From Haplodiscus bocki (taxonomy: Eukaryota), in assembly GCA_965655095.1 (NCBI GenBank), contig OZ296653.1:79670001-79734000 (forward strand): a stretch of DNA of 64,000 nucleotides, written 5' to 3'. Under the pieces are notes generated by a model. It searched no databases. It was not told the DNA's origin and worked only from the letters and a program-made list of their open reading frames with translations. Each line of letters starts with the position of its first letter. The first letter of the stretch is position 1. Of this stretch, positions 26,401 through 41,500 are shown in pieces. The position numbers and the translations under genes were made by a program.

Positions 26401-29400
26401 GAACATGATTCAAACAAACGCCGGCATGGAAGGAGACAAGGTGAGGAAGTAGCATCAAAGGTTTGGTTCGAAAGAGACGTTAATGAAATCTTTAGGGAGG
26501 GGAGGAGAGGGGTGAAATGCTCCGGCGCAAGATTCTTTTTTTCTGACTCTGTAGATGAGTTTTTTGCGACCGAGTGAATTCTCCCCCGTACCCCGAGCAC
26601 TCCGAGGCAATGTAGCAAAACAAATATGCACATTGAGTGAAAACGCTGGCTCATAACTGAACCAAGGTCAATTCCAAGGGTTTTTGGGCACAAAGGGTCC
26701 TTGAGTCAAGTGTGGTCAGATCGAATCTGCTGTAGGTACAAATTGCGAGATTAGAGTTTCGGCGAAGGCTTCAGCTCATTGCTTCCAACATTGAATTGTT
26801 ACTGTTAAGCATTGGCATGCGGAATTTCAAACAATCATATCGATTGCTCATGTGTGAAAATACTTTTCCCAAAAAAACTATGCAGAGGACTACGGCGATA
26901 CTACATTACACAGCTTCGGAATGCCTTTCTTCCACCACCTGGCTATACATATAAAGTCTTACCGTGCCAAAAGGTGGTCTCTTGTGTATGATTGGGAGGA
27001 GTTAGATGTGAAGGACTATCGTATTCCAGCGTGCCAATATTGTACTCCATCTAACTTCTGCACTGTTGTGAAGAGTTCGCATACAAGTTTCCATTATTTC
27101 CGGTTGCCTGCAAAAGAGTTGCACTCTCCACGGGAAACTGCCTACTTCAGCTACTCAGATATAACGATTCCTGGTGGAGTTTTATTCCTTGGAATTCAAA
27201 CTTCTTTCCTGTTTTGAGTTTCAGCTTGCCCTTACCATGACGGTAGCTTCATGATAACATTTTGAAAAAGGACACAACAGTCGGATTTTTGTTTCGGACG
27301 GAGTCCATACTTTTTTACGTTTCATGTCGTCCTTGAAAGATTCTTTCCCCGACTTCCCTAGTGTCTGTTCCAGGATTTATTGTGTTGATGATGGGTTAAA
27401 TTCTTCAATATTTTCAGAACAAGATTCAAACAACCGTCGGCATGGAAGGAGACAATCCGGGGTTCGTTCTTTTTCGTGACTTCAAATTGCGCTCATTTTG
27501 TAATCAACTTTTCATAATAGAATTCATGTTGATGGGTGGTTCCTCATTGCGCCTGATGCAACACGAACTAGATCCTTTTCCAAATGACAATTTGTAAAAC
27601 TTATCGGATACCTTTCTTTATATGAAAAAAATTCCGATTGGACAACTTTTTTGAAAAATTTATGGTTGTGTACAGTTTGACTACCGAAGACGAACATTTT
27701 AAAAATGCAACTTGCAATAATATAGAAAAACTCTGTCGACAAACTGTCGGTGTAATTTCTAAACCATTTTCCTAATTGAGTTCGTGCGTCTTGGCGTAAA
27801 ATAAATTTAGGAGATTCCGACTTGGGAGATTTCGGCTTAGGAGATTTTGACATGAAAGCGCTATTTCATGTTGAGATGTCACTCATTTATTAATCAGTTG
27901 GATCCAGAAAAAATTAAATTGGTGGCTTATGACAAGTGTGAACAATTCGAGAAGAATTATTTCAAACGGAAATTTAGTATTTCAGATTTGGCGCGTTCTG
28001 TAAGATATGAGTAATGCTCATGGCGTGGCAGACGCAAAGATTTCAAATCATTTTTGTTCAGAAATGTTTCGACAACATTCAACCCGTCTTGAAGCAAGGG
28101 TTAAACTCTTCAATATTTTCAGAACATGATTCAAACAAACGCCGGCATGGAAGGAGACAAGGTGAGGAAGTAGCATCAAAGGTTTGGTTCGAAAGAGACG
28201 TTAATGAAATCTTTAGGGAGGGGAGGAGAGGGGTGAAATGCTCCGGCGCAAGATTCTTTTTTCTGACTCTGTAGATGAGTTTTTTGCGACCGAATGAATT
28301 CTCCTCCGTACCCCGAGAACTCCGAGGCAATGTAGCAAAACAAATATGCACATTGAATGAAAACGCTGGCTCATAACTGAACCAAGGTCAATTCCAAGGG
28401 TTTTTGGGCACAAAGGGTCCTTGAGTCAAGTGTGGTCAGATCGAATCTGCTGTAGGTACAAATTGCGAGATTAGAGTTTCGGCGAAGGCTTCAGCTCATT
28501 GCTTCAAACATTGAATTGTTACTGTTAAGCATTGGCATGCGGAACTTCAAACAATCATATCGATTGCTCATGTGTGAAAATACTTTTCCCAAAAAAACTA
28601 TGCAGAGGACTACGGCGATATTACATTGCACAGCTTCGGAATGCCTTTCTTCCACCACCTGGCTATACATATAAAGTCTTACCGTGCCAAAAGGTGGTCT
28701 CTTGTGTATGATTGGGAGGAGTTAGATGTGAAGGACTATCGTATTCCAGCGTGCCAATATTGTATTCCATCTAACTTCTGCACTGTTGTGGAGAGTTCGC
28801 ATACAAGTTTCCATTATTTCCGGTTGCCTGCAAAAGAGTTGCACTCTCCACGGGAAACTGCCTACTTCAGCGGTTCAGATATAACGATTCCTGGTGGAGT
28901 TTTATTCCCTGGAATTCAAACTTCTTCCCTCTGTCTTAAGTTTCAGCTTCCCCTTACCACGAGGGTAGCTTCATGATAACATTTTGAATAAGGACACAAC
29001 AGTCGGATTTTTGTTTCGGACGGAGTCCATACTTTTTTATGTTTCATGTCGTCCTTGAAAGATTCTTTCCCCGACTTCGCTAGTGTCTGTTCCAGGATTT
29101 ATTGTGTTGATGATGGGTCAAACTCTTCAATATTTTCAGAACAAGATTCAAACAACCGTCGGCATGGAAGGAGACATTCCGGGGTTCGTTCTTTTTCGTG
29201 ACTTCAAATTGCGCTCATTTTGTAATCAACTTTTCATAATAGAATTCATGTTGATGGGTGGTTCCTCATTGCGCCTGATGCAACACGAACAAGATCCTTT
29301 TCCAAATGACAATTTGTAAAACTTATCGGATACCTTTCTTTATATGAAAAAAATTCCGATTGGACAACTTTTTAGAAAAATTTATGGTTGTGTACATTTT

Positions 29401-31295
29401 GACTACCGAAGACGAACATTTTAAAAAATGCAACTTGCAATAATATAGAAAAACTCTGTCGACAAACTGTCGGTGTAATTTCTAAACCATTTTCCTAATT
29501 GAGTTCGTGAGTCTCGGCGTAAAATAAATTTAGCAGATTCCGACCTGGGAGATTTCGGCTTAGGAGATTTTGACATGAAAGCGCTATTTCATGTTGAGAT
29601 GTCACTCATTTATTAATCAGTTGGATCCAGAAAAAATTAAATTGGTGGCTTATGACAAGTGTGAACAATTCGAGAAGAATTATTTCAAACGGAAATTTAC
29701 TATTTCAGATTTGGCGCGTTCTGTAAGATATGAGTAATGCTCATGGCGTGGCAAACGCAAAGATTTCAAATCATTTTTGTTCAGAAATGTTTCGACAACA
29801 TTCAACCCGTCTTGAAGCAAGGGTTAAACTCTTCAATAGTTTCAGAACATGATTCAAACAAACGCCGGCATGGAAGGAGACAAGGTGATGAAGTAGCATC
29901 AAAGGTTTGGTTCGAAAGAGACGTTAATGAAATCTTTAGGGAGGGGAGGAGAGGGGTGAAATGCTCCGGCGCAAGATTCTTTTTTCTGACTCTGTAGATG
30001 AGTTTTTTGCGACCGAATGAATTCTCCTCCGTACCCCGAGCACTCCGAGGCAATGTAGCAAAACAAATATGCACATTGAGTGAAAACGCTGGCTCATAAC
30101 TGAACCAAGGTCAATTCCAAGGGTTTTTGGGCACAAAGGGTCCTTGAGTCAAGTGTGGTCAGATTGAATCTGCTGTAGGTACAAATTGCGAGATTAGAGT
30201 TTCGGCGAAGGCTTCAGCTCATTGCTTCCAACATTGAATTGTTACTGTTAAGCATTGGCATGCGGAACTTCAAACAATCATATCGATTGCTCATGTGTGA
30301 AAATACTTTTCCCAAAAAAACTATGCAGAGGACTACGGCGATACTACATTGCACAGCTTCGGAATGCCTTTCTTCCACCACCTGGCTATACATATAAAGT
30401 CTTACCGTGCCAAAAGGTGGTCTCTTGTGTATGATTGGGAGGAGTTAGATGTGAAGGACTATCGTATTCCAGCGTGCCAATATTGTATTCCATCTAACTT
30501 CTGCACTGTTGTGGAGAGTTCGCATACAAGTTTCCATTATTTCCGGTTGCCTGCAAAAGAGTTGCACTCTCCACCGGAAACTGCCTACTTCAGCGGCTCA
30601 GATATAACGATTCCTGGTGGAGTTTTATTCCTTGGAATTCAAACTTCTTCCCTGTCTTGAGTTTCAGCTTCCCCTTACCATGAGGGTAGCTTCATGATGA
30701 CATTTTGAAAAAGGACACCACACTCTGATTTTTGTTTCGGACGGAGCCATACTTATTTATTTTTCATATCGTCCTTGAAAGATTCTTTCCTCGACCTCGA
30801 TAGTGTCTGTTCCAGCACTTCTTTTGTTGCTGACGGGTTAAATTCTTCAATATTTTCAGATCAACATTCAAACAACCGACGGCATGGAAGGAGACATTCC
30901 GGGATTCGTTCTTTTTCGTGACTTCAAATTGCGCTCATTTTGTAATCAACTTTTCATAATAAAATTCATGTTGATGGGTGGTTCCTCATTGCGCCTGATG
31001 CAACGCGAACAAGATCCTTTTCCAAATGACAATTTGTAAAACTTATCGGATACCTTTCTTTATATGAAAAAAATTCCGATTGGACAACTTTTTTGAAAAA
31101 TTTATGGTCGTGTACATTTTGACTACCGAAGACGAACATTTTAAAAATGCAACTTGCAATAATATAGAAAAACTCTGTCGACAAACTATCGGTGTATTTT
31201 CTAAACCATTTTCTTAATTGAGTTCGTGCGTCTTGGCGTAGAATAAATTTAAGAGATTCCGACCTGGGAGATTTTGGCTTAGGAGATTTTGACAT

Positions 31296-31999
31296 GAAAG
31301 CGCTATTTCATGTTGAGATGTCAATTATTTATTAATCAGTTGGATCCAGAAAAAATTAAATTGGTGGCTTATGACAAGTGTGAACAATTCGAGAAGGATT
31401 ATTTCAAACGGAAATTTACTATTTCAGATTTGGCGCGTTCTGTAAAATATGAGTAATGCTCATGGCGTGGCAAACGCAAAGATTTCAAATCATTTTTGTT
31501 CAGAAATGTTTCGACAACATTCAACCCGTCTTGAAGCAAGGGTTACACTCTTCAATATTTTCAGAACAAGATTCAAACAACCGTCGGCATGGAAGGAGAC
31601 AATCCGGGGTTCATTCTTTTTCGTGACTTCAAATTGCGCTCATTTTGTAATCAACTTTTCATAATAGAATTCATGTTGACGGGTGGTTCCTCATTGCGCC
31701 TGATGCAACACGAACTAGATCCTTTTCCAAATGACAATTTGTAAAACTTATCAGATACCTTTCTTTATATGAAAAAAAATTCCGATTGGACAATTTTCTT
31801 GAAAAAATTATGGTTGTGTACAGTTTGACTACCGAAGACGAACATTTTAAAAATGCAACTTGCAATAATATAAAAACTCTGTCGACAAACTGTCGGTGTA
31901 ATTTCTAAACCATTTTCCTAATTGAGTTCGTGCGTCTCGGCGTAAAATAAATTCAGGAGATTCCGACCTGGGAGAATTCGGCTTAGGAGATTTTGACAT
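31296..31999. repeat. Short (~704-bp) deletion monomer 1
   Basis: The left flank of copy B (CCGTCTTGAAGCAA) is joined to the right flank of copy A (ATCCGGGGTTC) through a single 62-bp motif at 31,540-31,601. Confidence 0.93.
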
Positions 32000-33720
32000 G
32001 AAGGCGCTATTTCATGTTGAGATGTCACTTATTTATTAATCAGTTGGATCCAGAAAAAATTAAATTGGTGGCTTATGACAAGTGTGAACAATTCGAGAAG
32101 GATTATTTCAAACGGAAATTTACTATTTCAGATTTCGCGCTCTGTAAGATATGAGTAATGCTTATGGCGTGGCAAACGCAAAGATTTCAAATCATTTTTG
32201 TTCAGAAATGTTTCGACAACATTCAACCCGTCTTGAAGCAAGGGTTAAACTCTTCAATAGTTTCAGAACATGATTCAAACAAACGCCGGCATGGAAGGAG
32301 ACAAGGTGAGGAAGTAGCATCAAAGGTTTGGTTCGAAAGAGACGTTAATGAAATCTTTAGGGAGGGGAGGAGAGGGGTGAAATGCTCCGGCGCAAGATTC
32401 TTTTTTCTGACTCTGTAGATGAGTTTTTTGCGACCGAATGAATTCTCCTCCGTACCCCGAGCACTCCGAGGCAATGTAGCAAAACAAATATGCACATTGA
32501 GTGAAAACGCTGGCTCATAACTGAGCCAAGGTCAATTCCAAGGGTTTTTGGGCACAAAGGGTCCTTGAGTCAAGTGTGGTCAGATTGAATCTGCTGTAGG
32601 TACAAATTGCGAGATTAGAGTTTCGGCGAAGGCTTTAGCTCATTGCTTCCAACATTGAATTGTTACTGTTAAGCATTGGCATGCGGAATTTCAAACAATC
32701 ATATCGATTGCTCATGTGTGAAAATACTTTTCCCAAAAAAAGTATGCAGAGGACTACAGCGATACTACATTGCACAACTTCGGAATGCCTTTCTTCCACC
32801 ACCTGGCTATACATGTAAAGTCTTACCGTGCCAAAAGGTGGTCTCTTGTGTATGATTGGGAGGAGTTAGATGTGAAGGACTATCGTATTCCAGCGTGCCA
32901 ATATTGTATTCCATCTAACTTCTGCACTGTTGTGGAGAGTTCGCATACAAGTTTCCATTATTTCCGGTTGCCTGCAAAAGAGTTGCACTCTCCACGGGAA
33001 ACTGCCTACTTCAGCGGTTCACATATAACGATTCCTGGTGGAGTTTTATTCCCTGGAATTCAAACTTCTTCCCTCTGTCTTAAGTTTCAGCTTCCCCTTA
33101 CCACGAGGGTAGCTTCATGATAACATTTTGAATAAGGACACAACAGTCGGATTTTTGTTTCGGACGGAGTCCATACTTTTTTATGTTTCATGTCGTCCTT
33201 GAAAGATTCTTTCTCCGACTTCGCTAGTGTCTGTTCCAGGATTTATTGTGTTGATGATGGGTCAAACTCTTCAATATTTTCAGAACAAGATTCAAACAAC
33301 CGTCGGCATGGAAGGAGACATTCCGGGGTTCGTTCTTTTTCGTGACTTCAAATTGCGCTCATTTTGTAATCAACTTTTCATAATAGAATTCATGTTGATG
33401 GGTGGTTCCTCATTGCGCCTGATGCAACACGAACAAGATCCTTTTCCAAATGACAATTTGTAAAACTTATCGGATACCTTTCTTTATATGGAAAAAATTC
33501 CGATTGGACAACTTTTTTGAAAAATTTATGGTTGTGTACATTTTGACTACCGAAGACGAACATTTTAAAAAATGCAACTTGCAATAATATAGAAAAACTC
33601 TGTCGACGAACTGTCGGTGTAATTTCTAAACCATTTTCCTAATTGAGTTCGTGAGTCTCGGCGTAAAATAAATTTAGGAGATTCCGACCTGGGAGATTTC
33701 GGCTTAGGAGATTTTGACAT

Positions 33721-34422
33721 GAAAGCGCTATTTCATGTTGAGATGTCACTCATTTATTAATCAGTTGGATCCAGAAAAAAGTAAATTGGTGGCTTATGAC
33801 AAGTGTGAACAATTCGAGAAGGATTATTTCGAACGGAAATTTACTATTTCAGATTTCGCGCTCTGTAAGATATGAGTAATGCTCATGGCGTGGCAAACGC
33901 AAAGATTTCAAATCAATTTTGTTCAGAAATGTTTCGACAACATTCAACCCGTCTTGAAGCAAGGGTTACACTCTTCAATATTTTCAGAACAAGATTCAAA
34001 CAACCGTCGGCATGGAAGGAGACAATCCGGGGTTCATTCTTTTTCGTGACTTCAAATTGCGCTCATTTTGTAATCAACTTTTCATAATAGAATTCATGTT
34101 GACGGGTGGTTCCTCATTGCGCCTGATGCAACACGAACTAGATCCTTTTCCAAATGACAATTTGTAAAACTTATCAGATACCTTTCCTTATATGAAAAAA
34201 AATTCCGATTGGACAATTTTCTTGAAAAAATTATGGTTGTGTACAGTTTGACTACCGAAGACGAACATTTTAAAAATGCAACTTGCAATAATATAAAAAC
34301 TCTGTCGACAAACTGTCGGTGTAATTTCTAAACCATTTTCCTAATTGAGTTCGTGCGTCTCGGCGTAAAATAAATTCAGGAGATTCCGACCTGGGAGAAT
34401 TCGGCTTAGGAGATTTTGACAT
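33721..34422. repeat. Short deletion monomer 2
   Basis: Same hybrid junction at 33,963-34,024. Confidence 0.93.
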
Positions 34423-37400
34423 GAAGGCGCTATTTCATGTTGAGATGTCACTTATTTATTAATCAGTTGGATCCAGAAAAAATTAAATTGGTGGCTTATG
34501 ACAAGTGTGAACAATTCGAGAAGGATTATTTCAAACGGAAATTTACTATTTCAGATTTCGCGCTCTGTAAGATATGAGTAATGCTTATGGCGTGGCAAAC
34601 GCAAAGATTTCAAATCATTTTTGTTCAGAAATGTTTCGACAACATTCAACCCGTCTTGAAGCAAGGGTTAAACTCTTCAATAGTTTCAGAACATGATTCA
34701 AACAAACGCCGGCATGGAAGGAGACAAGGTGAGGAAGTAGCATCAAAGGTTTGGTTCGAAAGAGACGTTAATGAAATCTTTAGGGAGGGGAGGAGAGGGG
34801 TGAAATGCTCCGGCGCAAGATTCTTTTTTCTGACTCTGTAGATGAGTTTTTTGCGACCGAATGAATTCTCCTCCGTACCCCGAGCACTCCGAGGCAATGT
34901 AGCAGAACAAATATGCACATTGAGTGAAAACGCTGGCTCATAACTGAGCCAAGGTCAATTCCAAGGGTTTTTGGGCACAAAGGGTCCTTGAGTCAAGTGT
35001 GGTCAGATTGAATCTGCTGTAGGTACAAATTGCGAGATTAGAGTTTCGGCGAAGGCTTCAGCTCATTGCTTCCAACATTGAATTGTTACTGTTAAGCATT
35101 GGCATGCGGAATTTCAAACAATCATATCGATTGCTCATGTGTGAAAATACTTTTCCCAAAAAAAGTATGCAGAGGACTACAGCGATACTACATTGCACAA
35201 CTTCGGAATGCCTTTCTTCCACCACCTGGCTATACATGTAAAGTCTTACCGTGCCAAAAGGTGGTCTCTTGTGTATGATTGGGAGGAGTTAGATGTGAAG
35301 GACTATCGTATTCCAGCGTGCCAATATTGTATTCCATCTAACTTCTGCACTGTTGTGGAGAGTTCGCATACAAGTTTCCATTATTTCCGGTTGCCTGCAA
35401 AAGAGTTGCACTCTCCACGGGAAACTGCCTACTTCAGCGGTTCAGATATAACGATTCCTGGTGGAGTTTTATTCCCTGGAATTCAAACTTCTTCCCTCTG
35501 TCTTAAGTTTCAGCTTCCCCTTACCACGAGGGTAGCTTCATGATAACATTTTGAATAAGGACACAACAGTCGGATTTTTGTTTCGGACGGAGTCCATACT
35601 TTTTTATGTTTCATGTCGTCCTTGAAAGATTCTTTCTCCGACTTCGCTAGTGTCTGTTCCAGGATTTATTGTGTTGATGATGGGTCAAACTCTTCAATAT
35701 TTTCAGAACAAGATTCAAACAACCGTCGGCATGGAAGGAGACATTCCGGGGTTCGTTCTTTTTCGTGACTTCAAATTGCGCTCATTTTGTAATCAACTTT
35801 TCATAATAGAATTCATGTTGATGGGTGGTTCCTCATTGCGCCTGATGCAACACGAACAAGATCCTTTTCCAAATGACAATTTGTAAAACTTATCGGATAC
35901 CTTTCTTTATATGGAAAAAATTCCGATTGGACAACTTTTTTGAAAAATTTATGGTTGTGTACATTTTGACTACCGAAGACGAACATTTTAAAAAATGCAA
36001 CTTGCAATAATATAGAAAAACTCTGTCGACGAACTGTCGGTGTAATTTCTAAACCATTTTCCTAATTGAGTTCGTGAGTCTCGGCGTAAAATAAATTTAG
36101 GAGATTCCGACCTGGGAGATTTCGGCTTAGGAGATTTTGACATGAAAGCGCTATTTCATGTTGAGATGTCACTCATTTATTAATCAGTTGGATCCAGAAA
36201 AAAGTAAATTGGTGGCTTATGACAAGTGTGAACAATTCGAGAAGAATTATTTCAAACGGAAATTTACTATTTCAGATTTGGCGCGTTCTGTAAGATATGA
36301 GTAATGCTCATGGCGTGGCAAACGCAAAGATTTCAACTCATTTTTGTTCAGAAATGTTTCGACAACATTCAACCCGTCTTGAAGCAAGGGTTAAACTCTT
36401 CAATAGTTTCAGAACATGATTCAAACAAACGCCGGCATGGAAGGAGACAAGGTGAGGAAGTAGCATCAAAGGTTTGGTTCGAAAGAGACGTTAATGAAAT
36501 CTTTAGGGAGGGGAGGAGAGGGGTGAAATGCTCCGGCGCAAGATTCTTTTTTCTGACTCTGTAGATGAGTTTTTTGCGACCGAATGAATTCTCCTCCGTA
36601 CCCCGAGCACTCCGAGGCAATGTAGCAAAACAAATATGCACATTGAGTGAAAACGCTGGCTCATAACTGAACCAAGGTCAATTCCAAGGGTTTTTGGGCA
36701 CAAAGGGTCCTTGAGTCAAGTGTGGTCAGATCGAATCTGCTGTAGGTACAAATTGCGAGATTAGAGTTTCGGCGAAGGCTTCAGCTCATTGCTTCCAACA
36801 TTGAATTGTTACTGTTAAGCATTGGCATGCGGAATTTCAAACAATCATATCGATTGCTCATGTGTGAAAATACTTTTCCCAAAAAAACTATGCAGAGGAC
36901 TACGGCGATACTACATTGCACAGCTTCGGAATGCCTTTCTTCCACCACCTGGCTATACATATAAAGTCTTACCGTGCCAAAAGGTGGTCTCTTGTGTATG
37001 ATTGGGAGGAGTTAGATGTGAAGGACTATCGTATTCCAGCGTGCCAATATTGTATTCCATCTAACTTCTGCACTGTTGTGGAGAGTTCGCATACAAGTTT
37101 CCATTATTTCCGGTTGCCTGCAAAAGAGTTGCACTCTCCACCGGAAACTGCCTACTTCAGCGGCTCAGATATAACGATTCCTGGTGGAGTTTTATTCCTT
37201 GGAATTCAAACTTCTTCCCTGTCTTGAGTTTCAGCTTCCCCTTACCATGAGGGTAGCTTCATGATGACATTTTGAAAAAGGACACCACACTCTGATTTTT
37301 GTTTCGGACGGAGCCCATACTTATTTATTTTTCATATCGTCCTTGAATGATTCTTTCCTCGACCTCGATAGTGTCTGTTCCAGCACTTCTTGTGTTGCTG

Positions 37401-37863
37401 ACGGGTTAAATTCTTCAATATTTTCAGATCAACATTCAAACAACCGACGGCATGGAAGGATACATTCCGGGATTCGTTCTTTTTCGTGACTTCAAATTGC
37501 GCTCATTTTGTAATCAACTTCTCATAATAGAATTCATGTTGATGGGTGGTTCCTCATTGGGCCTGATGCAACACGAACTAGATCCTTTTCCAAATGACAA
37601 TTTGTTAAACTTATCGGATACCTTTCTTTATATGAAAAAAATTCCGATTGGACAACTTTTTTGAAAAATTTATGGTCGTGTACATTTTGACTACCGAAGA
37701 CGAACATTTTAAAAATGCAACTTGCAATAATATAGAAAAACTCTGTCGACAAACTATCGGTGTATTTTCTAAACCATTTTCTTAATTGAGTTCGTGCGTC
37801 TTGGCGTAGAATAAATTTGAGAGATTCCGACCTGGGAGATTTTGGCTTAGGAGATTTTGACAT

Positions 37864-38567
37864 GAAAGCGCTATTTCAGGTTGAGATGTCAATTATTTAT
37901 TAATCAGTTGGATCCAGAAAAAATTAAATTGGTGGCTTATGACAAGTGTGAACAATTCGAGAAGGATTATTTCAAACGGAAATTTACTATTTCAGATTTG
38001 GCGCGTTCTGTAAGATATGAGTAATGCTCATGGCGTGGCAAACGCAAAGATTTCAAATCATTTTTGTTCAGAAATGTTTCGACAACATTCAACCCGTCTT
38101 GAAGCAAGGGTTACACTCTTCAATATTTTCAGAACAAGATTCAAATAACCGTCGGCATGGAGGGAGACAATCCGGGGTTCGTTCTTTTTCGTGACTTCAA
38201 ATTGCGCTCATTTTGTAATCAACTTTTCATATTAGAATTCATGTTGACGGGTGGTTCCTCATTGCGCCTGATGCAACACGAACTAGATCCTTTTCCAAAT
38301 GACAATTTGCAAAACTTATCAGATACCTTTCTTTATATGAAAAAAAATTCCGATTGGACAATTTTCTTGAAAAAATTATGGTTGTGTACAGTTTGACTAC
38401 CGAAGACGAACATTTTAAAAATGCAACTTGCAATAATATAAAAACTCTGTCGACAAACTGTCGGTGTAATTTCTAAACCATTTTCCTAATTGAGTTCGTG
38501 CGTCTCGGCGTAAAATAAATTCAGGAGATTCCGACCTGGGAGAATTCGGCTTAGGAGATTTTGACAT
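37864..38567. repeat. Short deletion monomer 3
   Basis: Same hybrid junction at 38,108-38,169. Confidence 0.93.
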
Positions 38568-41500
38568 GAAAGCGCTATTTCATGTTGAGATGTCACTTAT
38601 TTATTAATCAGTTGGATCCAGAAAAAATTAAATTGGTGGCTTATGACAAGTGTGAACAATTCGAGAAGGATTATTTCAAACGGAAATTTACTATTTCAGA
38701 TTTCGCGCTCTGTAAGATATGAGTAATGCTCATGGCGTGGCAAACGCAAAGATTTCAAATCATTTTTGTTCAGAAATGTTTCGACAACACTCAACCCGTC
38801 TTCAACCAAGGGTTAAACTCTTCAATATTTTCATAAGATGATTCAAACAAACGCCGGCATGGGAGGAGACAAGGTGAGGAAGTAGCATCAAAGGTTTGGT
38901 TCGCAAGAGACGTTAATGAAATCTTTAGGGAGGGGAGGAGAGGGGTGAAATGCTCCGTCGCAAGATTCTTTTTTCTGACTCTGTAGATGAGTTTTTTGCG
39001 ACCGAATGAATTCTCCTCCGTACCCCGAGCACTCCGAGGCAATGTAGCAAAACAAATATGCACATTGAGTGAAAGCGCTGGCTCATAACTGAACCAAGGT
39101 CAATTCCAAGGGTTTTTGGGCACAAAGGGTCCTTGAGTCAAGTGTGGTCAGATCGAATCTGCTGTAGGTACAAATTGCGAGATTAGAGTTTCGGCGAAGG
39201 CTTCAGCTCATTGCTTCCAACATTGAATTGTTACTGTTAAGCATTGGCATGCGGAATTTCAAACAATCATATCGATTGCTCATGTGTGAAAATACTTTTC
39301 CCAAAAAAAGTATGCAGAGGACTACAGCGATACTACATTGCACAACTTCGGAATGCCTTTCTTCCACCACCTGGCTACACATATAAAGTCGAACCGTGCC
39401 AAAAGGTGGTCTCTTTTGTATGGTTGGGAGGAGTTAGATGTGAATGACTATCGTATTCCAGCGTGCCTATATTGTATTCCATCTAACTTCTGCACTGCTA
39501 TGAAGAGTTCGCATACAAGTTTCCATTATTTCCGGTTGCCTGCAAAAGAGTTGCACTCTCCACGGGAAACTGCCTACTTCAGCGGTTCAGATATAACGAT
39601 TCCTGGTGGAGTTTTATGCCCTGGAATTCAAAATTCTTCCCTCTGTCTTAAGTTTCAGCTTCCCCTTACCACGAGGGTAGCTTCATGATAACATTTTGAA
39701 GAAGGACACAACAGTCGGATTTTTGTTTCGGACGGAGTCCACACTTTTTTATGTTTCATGTCGTCCTTGAAAGATTCTTTCCCCGACTTCGCTAGTGTCT
39801 GTTCCAGGATTTATTGTGTTGATGATGGGTCAAACTCTTCAATATTTTCAGAACAAGATTCAAACAACCGTCGGCATGGAAGGAGACATTCCGGGGTTCG
39901 TTCTTTTTCGTGACTTCAAATTGCGCTCATTTTGTAATCAACTTTTCATAATAGAATTCATGTTGATGGGTGGTTCCTCATTGCGCCTGATGCAACACGA
40001 ACTAGATCCTTTTCCAAATGACAATTTGTAAAACTTATCGGATACCTTTCTTTATTTGAAAAAAATTCCGATTGGACTTTTTTGAAAAAATTTATGGTTG
40101 TGTACAGTTTGACTACCGAAGACGAACATTTTAAAAATGCAACTTGCAATAATATAGAAAAACTCTGTCGACAAACTGTCGGTGTAATTTCTAAACCATT
40201 TTCCTAATTGAGTTCGTGAGTCTCGGCGTAAAATAAATTTAGGAGATTCCGACCTGGGAGATTTCGGCTTAGGAGATTTTGACATGAAAGCGCTATTTCA
40301 TGTTGAGATCTCACTCATTTATTAATCAGTTGGATCCAGAAAAAATTAAATTGGTGGCTTATGACAAGTGTGAACAATTCGAGAAGAATTATTTCAAACG
40401 GAAATTTACTATTTCAGATTTGGCGCGTTCTGTAAGATATGAGTAATGCTCATGGCGTGGCAAACGCAAAGATTTCAAATCATTTTTGTTCAGAAATGTT
40501 TCGACAACATTCAACCCGTCTTGAAGCAAGGGTTAAACTCTTCAATATTTTCAGAACATGATTCAAACAAACGCCGGCATGGAAGGAGACAAGGTGAGGA
40601 AGTAGCATCAAAGGTTTGGTTCGAAAGAGACGTTAATGAAATCTTTAGGGAGGGGAGGAGAGGGGTGAAATCCTCCGGCGCAAGATTCTTTTTTCTGACT
40701 CTGTAGATGAGTTTTTTGCGACCGAATGAATTCTCCTCCGTACCCCGAGCACTCCGAGGCAATGTAGCAAAACAAATATGCACATTGAGTGAAAACGCTG
40801 GCTCATAACTGAACCAAGGTCAATTCCAAGAGTTTTTGGGCACAAAGGGTCCTTGAGTCAAGTGTGGTCAGATCGAATCTGCTGTAGGTACAAATTGCGA
40901 GATTAGAGTTTCGGCGAAGGCTTCAGCTCATAGCTTCCAACATTGAATTGTTACTGTTAAGCATTGGCATGCGGAATTTCAAACAATCATATCGATTGCT
41001 CATGTGTGAAAATACTTTTCCCAAAAAAACTATGCAGAGGACTACGGCGATACTACATTGCACAGCTTCGGAATGCCTTTCTTCCACCACCTGGCTATAC
41101 AAATAAAGTTTTACCGTGCCAAAAGGTGGTCTCTTGTGTATGATTGGGAGGAGTTAGATGTGAAGGACTATCGTATTCCAGCGTGCCAATATTGTATTCC
41201 ATCTAACTTCTGCACTGTTGTGAAGAGTTCGCATACAAGTTTCCATTATTTCCGGTTGCCTGCAAAAGAGTTGCACTCTCAACGGGAAACTGCCTACTTC
41301 AGCGGCTCAGATATAACGATTCCTGGTGGAGTTTTATTCCTTGGAATTCAAACTTCTTTCCTGTTTTGAGTTTCAGCTTCCCCTTACCATGACGGTAGCT
41401 TCATGATAACATTTTGAAAAAGGACACAACAGTCGGATTTTTGTTTCGGACGGAGTCCATACTTTTTTATGTTTCATGTCGTCCTTGAAACATTCTTTCC

